DNA of 64,000 nt from Patescibacteria group bacterium. Lineage in GTDB: Bacteria > Patescibacteriota > Minisyncoccia > Phycocordibacterales > Phycocordibacteraceae. The stretch's first letter is position 1; every line of letters begins with the position of its first letter. The stretch is taken from contig JAUPKX010000005.1 of assembly GCA_030837225.1 (NCBI GenBank), forward strand, positions 8,049-72,048. The letters are read 5' to 3'. Position numbers and translations under genes: made by a program. The notes under the pieces are model-generated. The model did not search any database, was not told where the DNA came from, and worked only from the letters and a program-made list of their open reading frames with translations. Of this stretch, positions 37,682-46,572 are shown piece after piece.

Positions 37682-38392
37682 ATGAGCGCTACTAAGTATG
37701 ATGGCCGCGACCTCGAGGCCATGTCGTTCGCGAAGAACTATCACGAGTGGATACTTGCGATGTTTCGTCCGTTCCTTCGAGGTAAGGTGGCAGAGGTGGG
37801 GGCTGGGTCAGGAAGCTTCTCCGAGCTTCTCTTAGAGGAGTCTATCGCCGAACTCGTCGCGATTGAACCGTCTGACGACATGTACCGTCTCCTCGTTGAT
37901 GAGACGAAGCATGACGAGCGCGTGCAAACGTACAACGGTTTCTTTTCAGGAATCGGTGCCGAGCGCCCTTCGTATTTCGATACGGTTGTATATGTGAACG
38001 TCCTTGAGCATGTCGAAGACGATCGGGGAGAGCTCATTGCGGTCTTCGAAGCGCTGCGGCCTGGGGGTCACCTGTGCATCTTCGTACCCGCATTGCCGTG
38101 GCTCTATAGCGCGCACGATGCGTCGATAGGTCATCATCGCCGGTATCTGAAGGGACTGCTTGTTGCAAGCGCGCGCAGTATCGGTTTTGAGATCGTAGAA
38201 GCACGGTATTTCGATTTCTTCGGGATAGTCCCATGGTTCGTACTCATGACGCTCCTCAAGACGAAGCCAGGGGCGGGAAAGGTGGCCTTCTACGATCGTC
38301 TGGTGGTCCCGGTAGCCCGTATGATCGAGTCGCTCGTTACGCCGCCCATCGGCAAGAACGTTCTGCTCGTCGTGAGAAAGCCGGAGGGGTAG
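37682..38392 (+). CDS. Class I SAM-dependent methyltransferase.
   Basis: 'VAEVGAGSGSFSELL' motif I and 'VNVLEHVEDD'. Confidence 0.6.
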   Translation: MSATKYDGRDLEAMSFAKNYHEWILAMFRPFLRGKVAEVGAGSGSFSELLLEESIAELVAIEPSDDMYRLLVDETKHDERVQTYNGFFSGIGAERPSYFDTVVYVNVLEHVEDDRGELIAVFEALRPGGHLCIFVPALPWLYSAHDASIGHHRRYLKGLLVASARSIGFEIVEARYFDFFGIVPWFVLMTLLKTKPGAGKVAFYDRLVVPVARMIESLVTPPIGKNVLLVVRKPEG

Positions 38393-38394
38393 CC

Positions 38395-38802
38395 TTAGGT
38401 CTTCTTGAAGACGAACGTCTGGTAGGCCACGTAGGCCGTAATCGCGATTACGCCGCCGCAGATGATCTGTGCCGCGATGTACCAGACGCCGAATGTCGAC
38501 ACGAGCACATACATGAGAGCCGTGTTGATGCAGAGGTTCCCGAATGTGACGAGAATGTATCCACCGAGCTGGATCCCCATCTGATTCGGCTCGCGATTCT
38601 GAAATGCCCAGAATTTCTGGAAGCTGAACCCGGCCGCAATGGAACCTATATAGGAGAGGATAGAGGCAAGGAGATAGTGCACCTCGCCGTACTGCACGAG
38701 AAGGAAAAGGATGAGGATGTTTACTCCCGCAGCCGACGTGCCGGCAATAAGGAAACGCAGGACTTTTTGGACCTGAGCAGAACGCAGTAGGGCGATAATC
38801 AT
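38395..38802 (-). CDS. GtrA-family small membrane protein (polyprenol-P-sugar flippase-like).
   Basis: 135 aa with four TM segments. N-terminal 'KVLRFLIAGTSAAGVNILILFLLV' matches the GtrA consensus. Confidence 0.7.
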   Translation of the reverse strand: MIIALLRSAQVQKVLRFLIAGTSAAGVNILILFLLVQYGEVHYLLASILSYIGSIAAGFSFQKFWAFQNREPNQMGIQLGGYILVTFGNLCINTALMYVLVSTFGVWYIAAQIICGGVIAITAYVAYQTFVFKKT

Positions 38803-38878
38803 GGCTTGTTGCCTTGGAGTATACCCTGTGTCATCCCGGATAGGCAGTTTGAATTAAGGCGTTTATACTAGCTGTACT

Positions 38879-41056
38879 ATGAAACAAGCTGCCCACTGGA
38901 TCGCGATTATTGCGCTCTTTACCATCCCGTTCCTGCCGCTCTATGTCTCAAGTGAGCTCTTCTTTCCATTCATAACAGGAAAGGGATTCGCTTTTAGAAT
39001 CTTGGTTGAGATTGCACTCGTCGCGTACGTAGTCCTTGCGGTACTCGACAAACGGTATCGTCCGAAATTCTCTTGGGTACTGGCGCTCTTCGGCGGGTTC
39101 GTTCTCTGGATGGCGGTGGCCAATTTCTTCGGCGTCCATCCTGCGAAAGCCTTCTGGAGCAACTACGAGCGTATGGATGGCTGGGTAACACTGGCACATC
39201 TCTTCGCGTTCTTTGTAGTTAGCGGATCAATTCTTGCGGTTGATAAACTGTGGCGCAGATGGTGGATGTATTTCATTTCGGTGGCCGTGGTGGTGTGCGG
39301 GTATGGTGTTCTGCAGCTTATGGGCGCTGCAGACATTCACCAGGGTGGGGTACGTGTTGATGCATCCTTCGGGAACGCTATCTACCTTGCGGTGTACCTC
39401 ATGTTCTCGATGTTTGTGGCTGGGTGGCTTGCAGTTCGATCGGGTAAACAGCTTAGGTACTGGCTGATTGCATTCATTGCGCTGGCGTTCGTCATACTCT
39501 TCTTTACTGCGTCACGTGGTGCGCTCATCGGTCTAGTTGCGGGAGCAAGTATTGCTGGCCTACTCTATCTCTATCTCGGTCTAAAGGATGGAAAGAGCGG
39601 GATTAAATCGGCAGGATTTAAGATCGTTGCTGGTCTGCTCGTGTCACTTGTTGTTGCGGGCGGAGCGTTCTACCTCCTCAGGGATTCCGCGCTTGTGCAG
39701 GGAGAGCCAGCGCTCGCTCGTCTTTCCACTGTCTTCTCTTTGAGTGGGGAGCTCAAGGTTCGTTCAACCATATGGGGTATGGCCTATGACGGCGTACAAG
39801 AAGATCCTCTAACGGGTTGGGGCCAGGAAGGCTTTAACCAGGTGTTCAACAAGTACTACGTGCCTGCGCTCTATGAGCAGGAGACCTGGTTTGATCGTGC
39901 GCACAACATGTACATCGACTGGCTGGTTGCGGGCGGATTCCCGGCGTTGCTTCTCTTCGTTGCGCTCCTTCTGGCGGGCATAGTTGCACTTGTTCGAGCG
40001 TCAGACGTGTCACGTACAGAACGCATGCTCCTTGTTGGCGCTTTAGTTGCGTATGCAGTTCAGGCGCTCGTTGTATTCGATAACCTCTTCAGCTACGTTC
40101 CTTTTGCTGTGCTTCTTGCTATGGCACACGCAGCATCGGGTAGACCAGTCGCTGTGCTCGAGGACCTGCCTGAAGTATCTAACCAGAACCATGCGGGTAT
40201 TTTGGGAGCGGGAGGAGTTGTAGCCCTCGTTGCTCTTGTGTGGATGATAAACGTGCCGAGCATACAGGCTGCGAATCATCTGGTATACGCGGTGTCTCCG
40301 CTCCCGCAGGGTGCAAAAGCAAACCTTGAGTACTTTAAGCAGGCGCTTGGGGACGGATCGTTCGGAAGCCAGGAAATACGTGAGCAACTATCCATTCATG
40401 CGGCTAAGGTGGCTGCAGACGAGAAGATCCCGAAAGGCCTACGAAAGGACTACGTTGAACTCGCACTTCTTGAGATGGGTAAGGAAATTGAGACCTCTCC
40501 AAACGACGCTCGTCTTCGCGCACAGTATGCAAGTATTTATGAAGCTACCGGAGACCTGGACGCGTCGCTTGCTCAGATAGAAAAGGCTATCGAGCTCTCG
40601 CCCCAGAAGCAGGCGTTGCATCTTAGTAAAGCTTTCAAGCTTATAGATATGGGACGCGTTGAGGAAGCGCGTGCAGTATTCCGCTATGCGTATGCGCTCG
40701 ACACCTCGTTCGAGCAGGTTGCGGTGACGGTGGCCTCTGGGTACCTATTGATGGGAGACAATGCCGAAGCGAAAGAGCTTCTCCTAGAAGCACTTGGTAC
40801 CACAACACCTGACAACGAGAGTCTCTTCTTTGCCTACTATCAGACAAAGCAATGGAATGAGCTTATAGCAGTGGCGCGTGCTCGTGTCGCAGCGACGAAC
40901 GATTCACCAGCAAGCAGACTAAGGCTCGGGCAAGCGCTTGCAGCAGCGGGTCGCTTTAGTGAGGCGCGCGCAGAAATAACCGCAACCATAGAGAAGTATC
41001 CTGAAGTCCGTGCAGAAGGGGAGGGACTTCTCACCCGCATACCTGTCTTACGATGA
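38879..41056 (+). CDS. O-antigen ligase/polymerase-like (Wzy_C) membrane protein with C-terminal TPR repeats.
   Basis: About 10-12 TM helices in the first 420 aa, followed by a soluble helical repeat region with TPR-like periodicity ('AQYASIYEATGDLDASLAQIEKAIELSP'). Confidence 0.6.
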   Translation: MKQAAHWIAIIALFTIPFLPLYVSSELFFPFITGKGFAFRILVEIALVAYVVLAVLDKRYRPKFSWVLALFGGFVLWMAVANFFGVHPAKAFWSNYERMDGWVTLAHLFAFFVVSGSILAVDKLWRRWWMYFISVAVVVCGYGVLQLMGAADIHQGGVRVDASFGNAIYLAVYLMFSMFVAGWLAVRSGKQLRYWLIAFIALAFVILFFTASRGALIGLVAGASIAGLLYLYLGLKDGKSGIKSAGFKIVAGLLVSLVVAGGAFYLLRDSALVQGEPALARLSTVFSLSGELKVRSTIWGMAYDGVQEDPLTGWGQEGFNQVFNKYYVPALYEQETWFDRAHNMYIDWLVAGGFPALLLFVALLLAGIVALVRASDVSRTERMLLVGALVAYAVQALVVFDNLFSYVPFAVLLAMAHAASGRPVAVLEDLPEVSNQNHAGILGAGGVVALVALVWMINVPSIQAANHLVYAVSPLPQGAKANLEYFKQALGDGSFGSQEIREQLSIHAAKVAADEKIPKGLRKDYVELALLEMGKEIETSPNDARLRAQYASIYEATGDLDASLAQIEKAIELSPQKQALHLSKAFKLIDMGRVEEARAVFRYAYALDTSFEQVAVTVASGYLLMGDNAEAKELLLEALGTTTPDNESLFFAYYQTKQWNELIAVARARVAATNDSPASRLRLGQALAAAGRFSEARAEITATIEKYPEVRAEGEGLLTRIPVLR

Positions 41057-42066
41057 TCGTTAGCGAGAACGTACCACTCTCTACACACACCACTTTGCGT
41101 GTAGGAGGCACCGCGCGATTCTTTATTGAATGCGAAAGCAAGGAAGATATCCAAAATGCTCTCGCTTTTGCGCTAGAGCACGGGCTCCTATGGAGCGTTC
41201 TCGGGGAAGGGAGCAATGTACTTGCCGGTGACGACGTCTATAACGGCGTCGTTATTGCGATACGTATTCCTGGTATAGCGTTCGTTGATGCAGGCGAAGA
41301 AGTACAGATAACCGCAGGAGCCGGTGTGGCGTGGGACGCGCTCGTGCTTGAGGCTGCCCGGTGTGGACTGTGGGGTCTTGAGAACCTAGCGGGCATTCCA
41401 GGAACTGTCGGCGCGGCACCGGTACAAAACATCGGCGCCTATGGGGCTGAGGTGAAAGACACCCTCAAGGAAGTGAGTGCTCTTGATACCCGCACCGGCC
41501 AAATACGCATCCTTGTACGAGACGAGTGTGCGTTCGGGTATCGGGACAGCATATTCAAATTTAGTGCCCGGTTCGTCATACTTTCCGTCACGTTCTGTCT
41601 ACAGAAAGCAGCGCAACCGAGCATCGAGTACAAAGACCTTAAGGAGGCTCTTGCGCAAGGAACGGACCTCTCTACACCAGCATCTATTGGGAACGCAGTG
41701 CGGACTATTCGTGGACGAAAGTTTCCTGACCTTTCACTGGTAGGAACTGCCGGTTCGTTTTTCAAGAACCCAACGATTTCAGAGGAAGCCTACGCTTCAC
41801 TTAAAGAGAAATTCAGTGATATGCCAGGATTCCCGAATGCACGAGGAGTAAAGATACCTACTGCTTTTATTCTCGATCATATGCTTGGTCTTCGCGGCTA
41901 TACAGAAGGGAATATTTCTCTCTTTGAGAATCAGCCGCTCGTCCTTGTTGCACGCAACGGAGCAACACAAAAAGAGATAGATACCTTTGCAAATAACATT
42001 GCAGCGCGCGTGCATGATGCAACAGGAATTTTTATTGAACGAGAAGTAAGAAATTTTCCAACGTAA
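41053..42066 (+). CDS. murB: UDP-N-acetylenolpyruvoylglucosamine reductase.
   Basis: 'NVPLSTHTTLRVGGTARFFIE' FAD-binding N-terminus and 'GSFFKNP' MurB motif. Confidence 0.8.
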   Translation: MIVSENVPLSTHTTLRVGGTARFFIECESKEDIQNALAFALEHGLLWSVLGEGSNVLAGDDVYNGVVIAIRIPGIAFVDAGEEVQITAGAGVAWDALVLEAARCGLWGLENLAGIPGTVGAAPVQNIGAYGAEVKDTLKEVSALDTRTGQIRILVRDECAFGYRDSIFKFSARFVILSVTFCLQKAAQPSIEYKDLKEALAQGTDLSTPASIGNAVRTIRGRKFPDLSLVGTAGSFFKNPTISEEAYASLKEKFSDMPGFPNARGVKIPTAFILDHMLGLRGYTEGNISLFENQPLVLVARNGATQKEIDTFANNIAARVHDATGIFIEREVRNFPT

Positions 42067-42146
42067 AACTTTTTTGAAAGAAATTTGTTGCTAACGTTTT
42101 AAAAAACTTATCCACACATAAATTATTTTTTGTAACAAATTATTTA

Positions 42147-42178
42147 TTATGCGCGCATAATATTTTATAGCGCGCATA
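42147..42178. promoter_or_regulatory. Two GC-rich boxes sharing the core GCGCGCATA. One is a perfect 14-bp palindrome, TTATGCGCGCATAA (42147-42160). They sit in an otherwise extremely AT-rich intergenic region upstream of the histone-like gene.
   Basis: Read directly: 'ttatgcgcgcataa' and 'tatagcgcgcatac', about 19 bp apart. Confidence 0.35.
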
Positions 42179-42254
42179 CGAAAGAAATTTTTCGTAAGAA
42201 AAACTTCTTCTATGCGGGTCGACAATACTAGTCATAGAAAATTTTCATTGACCT

Positions 42255-42443
42255 ATGGCCGCAAAGAAGAAGGCAGTAAAGAAGGCAGTTCGCAAGCCAG
42301 CTAAGAAGGCAGCTCCAAAGAGGAAGCCAGCTAAGAAGGCAGCTCCAAAGAGGAAGGCAGCTAAGAAGGCTGCGAAGAAGTCTGTCAAGAAAGTAGCTAA
42401 GAAGGCTCCTGCAAAGAAGCGCAAGGCTGCAAAGCGCAAGTAG
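42255..42443 (+). CDS. Lys/Ala-rich histone H1-like (Hc1/AlgP-like) basic DNA-binding protein.
   Basis: 62-aa product composed of K/A/P repeats ('AKKAAPKRKPAKKAAPKRK'). A strong terminator hairpin follows. Confidence 0.65.
   Translation: MAAKKKAVKKAVRKPAKKAAPKRKPAKKAAPKRKAAKKAAKKSVKKVAKKAPAKKRKAAKRK
42297..42356 (+). repeat. Perfect 30-bp tandem duplication (x2, plus a partial third copy) inside the histone-like gene.
   Basis: 'gccagctaagaaggcagctccaaagaggaa' at 42297-42326 and again at 42327-42356. Confidence 0.8.
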
Positions 42444-42462
42444 TCCTTAGGACTCTTGTTGT

Positions 42463-42488
42463 AAAAGCCTCCCTCACGGGAGGCTTTT
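42463..42488 (+). terminator. Rho-independent terminator after the histone-like gene.
   Basis: 'aaaagcctccc-tcac-gggaggctttt' followed by a T-rich tract. Confidence 0.6.
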
Positions 42489-42557
42489 ACGTTTTCTTTC
42501 CTGACTGTTACAGAGAGGGCGAATGCGGTATAGTGCCGATACCTATATAGAGTACGT

Positions 42558-45086
42558 ATGGCCAATATTCTCAGCAAAATTTTCTCCAAGAACCAGTCGC
42601 AGGGCTTCGTAAAACAGGCACAGCCTGTTGTTGATCATGCGAACAGTCTCTCGGAGGCGTTTGAGAGCCTTTCAGGAGATGAGATCAAAATACGCCTTGC
42701 GGATGTACGGGGCCGTACTAATGGCGTACCGACTGAAACCGCTGACATAGCCGAGGTATTCGCGCTCGTGCGTGAGGCAGCGCGCCGTACGCTCAACGAG
42801 CGTCACTACGACGTACAGCTCGTCGGGGGTCTTGCCCTTGGAAAGGGAAAGATTGCTGAGATGCGCACCGGAGAAGGAAAGACGCTTGTGGCAACCCTTC
42901 CTGTTTCGCTTTACGCCCTTGCCGGGAAGGGGGTGCATGTGGTGACCGTGAACGATTACCTCGCACGGCGTGATGCCGCATGGATGGGTCAGGTGTATGC
43001 CGCGGTCGGTCTTACGGTTGGTGTCGTTACCAGTGGAGGTGCGTATGTATACGATGCCTCTCATGTTGAGACTGAAGAAGATAAGGCACGTGACGAAGAA
43101 GGGTCCTTCCGTGTCTTCTATGACTTCCTTCGTCCGGCAACGAAGCAGGAGGCGTATGCGGCCGATATTACCTACGCTACCAACAACGAGCTCGGGTTTG
43201 ATTATCTGCGTGACAATACTGCGTACGACGCCTCGCAGATTGTGCAGCGTGGACACCACTACGCGATTGTTGATGAGATCGATTCGATCCTTATCGACGA
43301 GGCGCGTACGCCACTCATTATCTCAGGGCCTGCAGGAGACGCTGAGGGTCTGTACGAGCGCTTCGCGTCCATCGTGCGTAACTACGTACAGGAAGAGGAC
43401 TATACTGTCGACGAGAAGCAACGCGCTGTGCAGATAACAGAAGAAGGTATTTCTAAAGCGGAGAAGGCACTCGGTATCGAAAACTTGTACGCCGAGGGCG
43501 GTATGAAGTATGCGCATCACCTTGATACGGCCGTACGAGCAAAAGCCCTCTTCAGGGGAGACAAGGAGTACGTCGTTAAGGAAGGAGAGATCGTTATCGT
43601 TGACGAGTTCACGGGGCGCCTTCAGCCAGGGCGTCGCTGGAGCGAGGGTCTCCACCAGGCTATTGAGGCTAAGGAGGGTGTGCCGATCCAGAAAGAGACG
43701 CGCACGTATGCGTCAGTTACGTTCCAAAACTATTTCCGTATGTACGAGGCTGTTGCCGGCATGACGGGTACCGGTCTTTCTTCAGAAGAGGAGTTCTATA
43801 CGGTGTATGGGCTTGAGGTTGTGCAGGTACCTACACATCGTCCGATTGCCCGAAAGGATTATGACGATCTTATCTTTCAGAATGCACGCGGGAAGTACAC
43901 GGCGCTCGCGGCACACGTGAAGGAGGTGCATGAGAAGGGGCAACCAGTTCTTATTGGAACGGTATCTATTGAAGACAACGAGGTGGTGAGCGATGCGTTG
44001 CACGAGGTTGGCATTCCGCACGAAGTGCTGAACGCAAAGAATCATGAGCGCGAAGGAGAGATTATCGCGAGTGCCGGCAGGAAGGGCGGTGTTACGGTTG
44101 CAACCAACCTTGCAGGGCGCGGTGTCGACATTAAGCTCGGCGGCATCGGTGCATCTGAGGAAATGCGTGAAGAAGTCCGATCGTTTGGCGGCCTTGCGGT
44201 TATCGGTACCGAGCGCCACGAAGCACGCCGCATTGATGACCAGCTTCGCGGGCGTTCTGGGCGCCAGGGCGATCCGGGTGAGACACGGTTCTTTGTCTCG
44301 CTCGACGACAAGCTCATGCGCGTCTTCGCATCGGATATGGTCAAGAACGTTATGGGATCCTTCAAAATCCCTGAAGACGAGCCGATACAGAGCTCGTTAA
44401 TCACTAAGGCGCTTGAGACCGCCCAGAAGCGTATTGAAGGCTTCAACTTCGACTCACGCAAGCAGGTGCTCTCCTATGATGATGTGCTTAATACACAACG
44501 TCTGTCGGTATACCGCGAGCGCATGACTGCCCTCAAGGGAACTAACGAGGAGATCGAAGAGCTCATACGAATGATGATTGCTGGAAGCCCTGAAGCGGTT
44601 ACTGCCTTCGAGCAGAAGCGTGAGGAGTTTGGACCTGAAGCCGTTGCGATGCTTATGCGCCGCCTGCTACTCCAGGTTACGGATACCTTCTGGCTCGAGC
44701 ACCTCGAAACGATGGATTATCTTCGTCGCTCAGTGTCTCTGCGTGCGTACGGACAGCGCGATCCGCTTATTGAGTATCGAAGGGAGGGTCTTGTGCGTTT
44801 CCAGACAATGCAGGAAAGCATCGCTACAGCAGTTGCTGAAGCGATTCCCCGCATACGTCCGGCAGACGATGCTCGCATTCGAGCAGAAGAAGAGAAAACG
44901 CGCGCAAGACTCGTTGCAGCGTCAGAGGGGAGCGACACAAGCGCCGAAGCTCCAGAGCCGGTCCGGAACGAGAACGCGTACAACAGGAACGACGAGGTAA
45001 CAATTAAGAAGGGGGAAGAGACGCAGACTCTGAAATATAAGAAGGCAGAGCCACTTCTTTCAGATGGTTGGACGATCGTCTCGTAA
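42558..45086 (+). CDS. secA: Preprotein translocase ATPase SecA.
   Basis: 842-aa product with DEAD-motor motifs ('MRTGEGKTLVATL', 'DEIDSILIDEARTPLIISG') and the SecA scaffold. Confidence 0.9.
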   Translation: MANILSKIFSKNQSQGFVKQAQPVVDHANSLSEAFESLSGDEIKIRLADVRGRTNGVPTETADIAEVFALVREAARRTLNERHYDVQLVGGLALGKGKIAEMRTGEGKTLVATLPVSLYALAGKGVHVVTVNDYLARRDAAWMGQVYAAVGLTVGVVTSGGAYVYDASHVETEEDKARDEEGSFRVFYDFLRPATKQEAYAADITYATNNELGFDYLRDNTAYDASQIVQRGHHYAIVDEIDSILIDEARTPLIISGPAGDAEGLYERFASIVRNYVQEEDYTVDEKQRAVQITEEGISKAEKALGIENLYAEGGMKYAHHLDTAVRAKALFRGDKEYVVKEGEIVIVDEFTGRLQPGRRWSEGLHQAIEAKEGVPIQKETRTYASVTFQNYFRMYEAVAGMTGTGLSSEEEFYTVYGLEVVQVPTHRPIARKDYDDLIFQNARGKYTALAAHVKEVHEKGQPVLIGTVSIEDNEVVSDALHEVGIPHEVLNAKNHEREGEIIASAGRKGGVTVATNLAGRGVDIKLGGIGASEEMREEVRSFGGLAVIGTERHEARRIDDQLRGRSGRQGDPGETRFFVSLDDKLMRVFASDMVKNVMGSFKIPEDEPIQSSLITKALETAQKRIEGFNFDSRKQVLSYDDVLNTQRLSVYRERMTALKGTNEEIEELIRMMIAGSPEAVTAFEQKREEFGPEAVAMLMRRLLLQVTDTFWLEHLETMDYLRRSVSLRAYGQRDPLIEYRREGLVRFQTMQESIATAVAEAIPRIRPADDARIRAEEEKTRARLVAASEGSDTSAEAPEPVRNENAYNRNDEVTIKKGEETQTLKYKKAEPLLSDGWTIVS

Positions 45087-45099
45087 TATATAAAAAGAA

Positions 45100-45130
45100 G
45101 AGCCGTCCCGTTTCCAGGGCGGCTCCTTTT
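45100..45130. terminator. Bidirectional hairpin terminator between convergent secA (+) and aspartate kinase (-).
   Basis: 'gagccgtccc-gtttcca-gggcggctc' flanked by A-run and T-run. Confidence 0.55.
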
Positions 45131-45133
45131 CTG

Positions 45134-46474
45134 TCACAGGTGATTTCGAAGTATGTACTCATAGATGGTGCCGACCGTTTCTCGTAGGCGTACCTGTGCA
45201 ACGCCAATGATAAGGTTGGCGCGGTTTCCACCGAGTTCATAGAATATAGGTTCTATGCCTCGTACCGCGAGTACATTCAGGATATGGGTTACCTTCACGA
45301 AGCTTCTCCCGAGATCCTGGCCGACAATACAAACAATGCCGATTTCAGACGTTAGAGTCACCTCAGCGGAGCATGAGTCCCGGATCGCTTGCGCGATCGT
45401 CTCACGCTGGTCGCCAATTTTTTTGTCGGGAACGATGACGTCCAATGTATCGAGCCCGGTTGTTACGTGACAGTCTCCGAGTCCGTACCCAGAAAGCGCT
45501 GAGAGCGCGTCGAGGGTGTTTTGATACTTTGCATTCATTCCTGGCTTCGCGATGGTGAACATCGTGAATCCCGGCTTTTCGGTAATGCCCGTAAAGCAGT
45601 GATTGCTGGCGGCTCGTTTGTCGCCATCAGGGTACACATACGTCCCGGGGTTGTTCGGGGTCTCGAGACCGAAGAGCCTCGTGGAAATCCCAGACTCTCG
45701 AACCGGGCCGACTGCTTCGTGGCCGAGCACGTTTGTGTCGCGATAGGCCATTTCCTGCATCTGCGAGTACCCCATACGACCAATTAGAGTCGGCGGCATA
45801 GGAAGCATTTTTGGATTGGCCACGTACACACCGGGCATATCCGTCGCATACTCGTAGAGTTCAGCTTCAATCATTGCGGCAACAATCGCCCCGGTGTTAG
45901 CGGAACCGTCTCGCGGGAAAGTGTGAATCTTTCCGCGTGAATCGCCAGCGTAGTATGCAGGGACAACTACATTGCCAGAAAGTTTAGCTCGACGAATAGC
46001 ACGCTTGGTCATAATCGCGTCATACCGTCCTGAAATACTGTATCGAATCAGTTTTGTTGCATCGATACAGCGCCAGTTTGGCCCGAGCATTTCCGTGAAC
46101 ATGAGTGCGCTCAGATATGGGCCACGGCTTTCGATGTAGTCGAATCGATTCTCGCACCGAAGCTTGTTGAAGCGACCTTCAGCTTCACGAAGGTTTGCGA
46201 TAAGCGCGTCCACGAAGCCCTGTTTAAGTTCAAGGTCCTTTGCGATTTCGACGAAGAGCTCCTTCACGGCGCGCATCGTTTCGATTGGATGTTCTGTGTG
46301 TCGTAAGCTCTGGAGAAGCTCAGCAACACTCATGTCGTGCTCAAGGCGCCTTCCGGGGGCCGGCACAACGATGTACCGACGCTTCGGATCGCTGCGAATG
46401 ACTTTGGCGGCCTGCTTGAAACCTTCAGCAGATGCCAGACAGGAGTCGTCAATTTCTAGTACGGTGTCGCCCAT
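45134..46474 (-). CDS. lysC: Aspartate kinase (amino-acid kinase domain plus C-terminal ACT domains).
   Basis: Kinase-fold N-terminus and tandem ACT-like C-terminal region ('IVCIVGQDL...'). Confidence 0.65.
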   Translation of the reverse strand: MGDTVLEIDDSCLASAEGFKQAAKVIRSDPKRRYIVVPAPGRRLEHDMSVAELLQSLRHTEHPIETMRAVKELFVEIAKDLELKQGFVDALIANLREAEGRFNKLRCENRFDYIESRGPYLSALMFTEMLGPNWRCIDATKLIRYSISGRYDAIMTKRAIRRAKLSGNVVVPAYYAGDSRGKIHTFPRDGSANTGAIVAAMIEAELYEYATDMPGVYVANPKMLPMPPTLIGRMGYSQMQEMAYRDTNVLGHEAVGPVRESGISTRLFGLETPNNPGTYVYPDGDKRAASNHCFTGITEKPGFTMFTIAKPGMNAKYQNTLDALSALSGYGLGDCHVTTGLDTLDVIVPDKKIGDQRETIAQAIRDSCSAEVTLTSEIGIVCIVGQDLGRSFVKVTHILNVLAVRGIEPIFYELGGNRANLIIGVAQVRLRETVGTIYEYILRNHL

Positions 46475-46572
46475 GGCACACCTCCTATTCTGATGTGAGT
46501 GGATACGTTCTCAAGGAACGCCTGTTCGCATCATGCCTATAATACTAGGTAAAGTCAACGTTCTGTGGTACC

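Noticed and set aside
42245-42589. Minus-strand 114-aa ORF antisense to the histone-like gene ('...FFAAFLAAFLFGAAFLAGFL...').
   Set aside because: It is the reverse complement of the Lys/Ala codon repeats (AAG/GCT read as CTT/AGC, i.e. Phe/Leu/Ala), a compositional mirror artefact. The plus-strand gene has a terminator and a sensible product.
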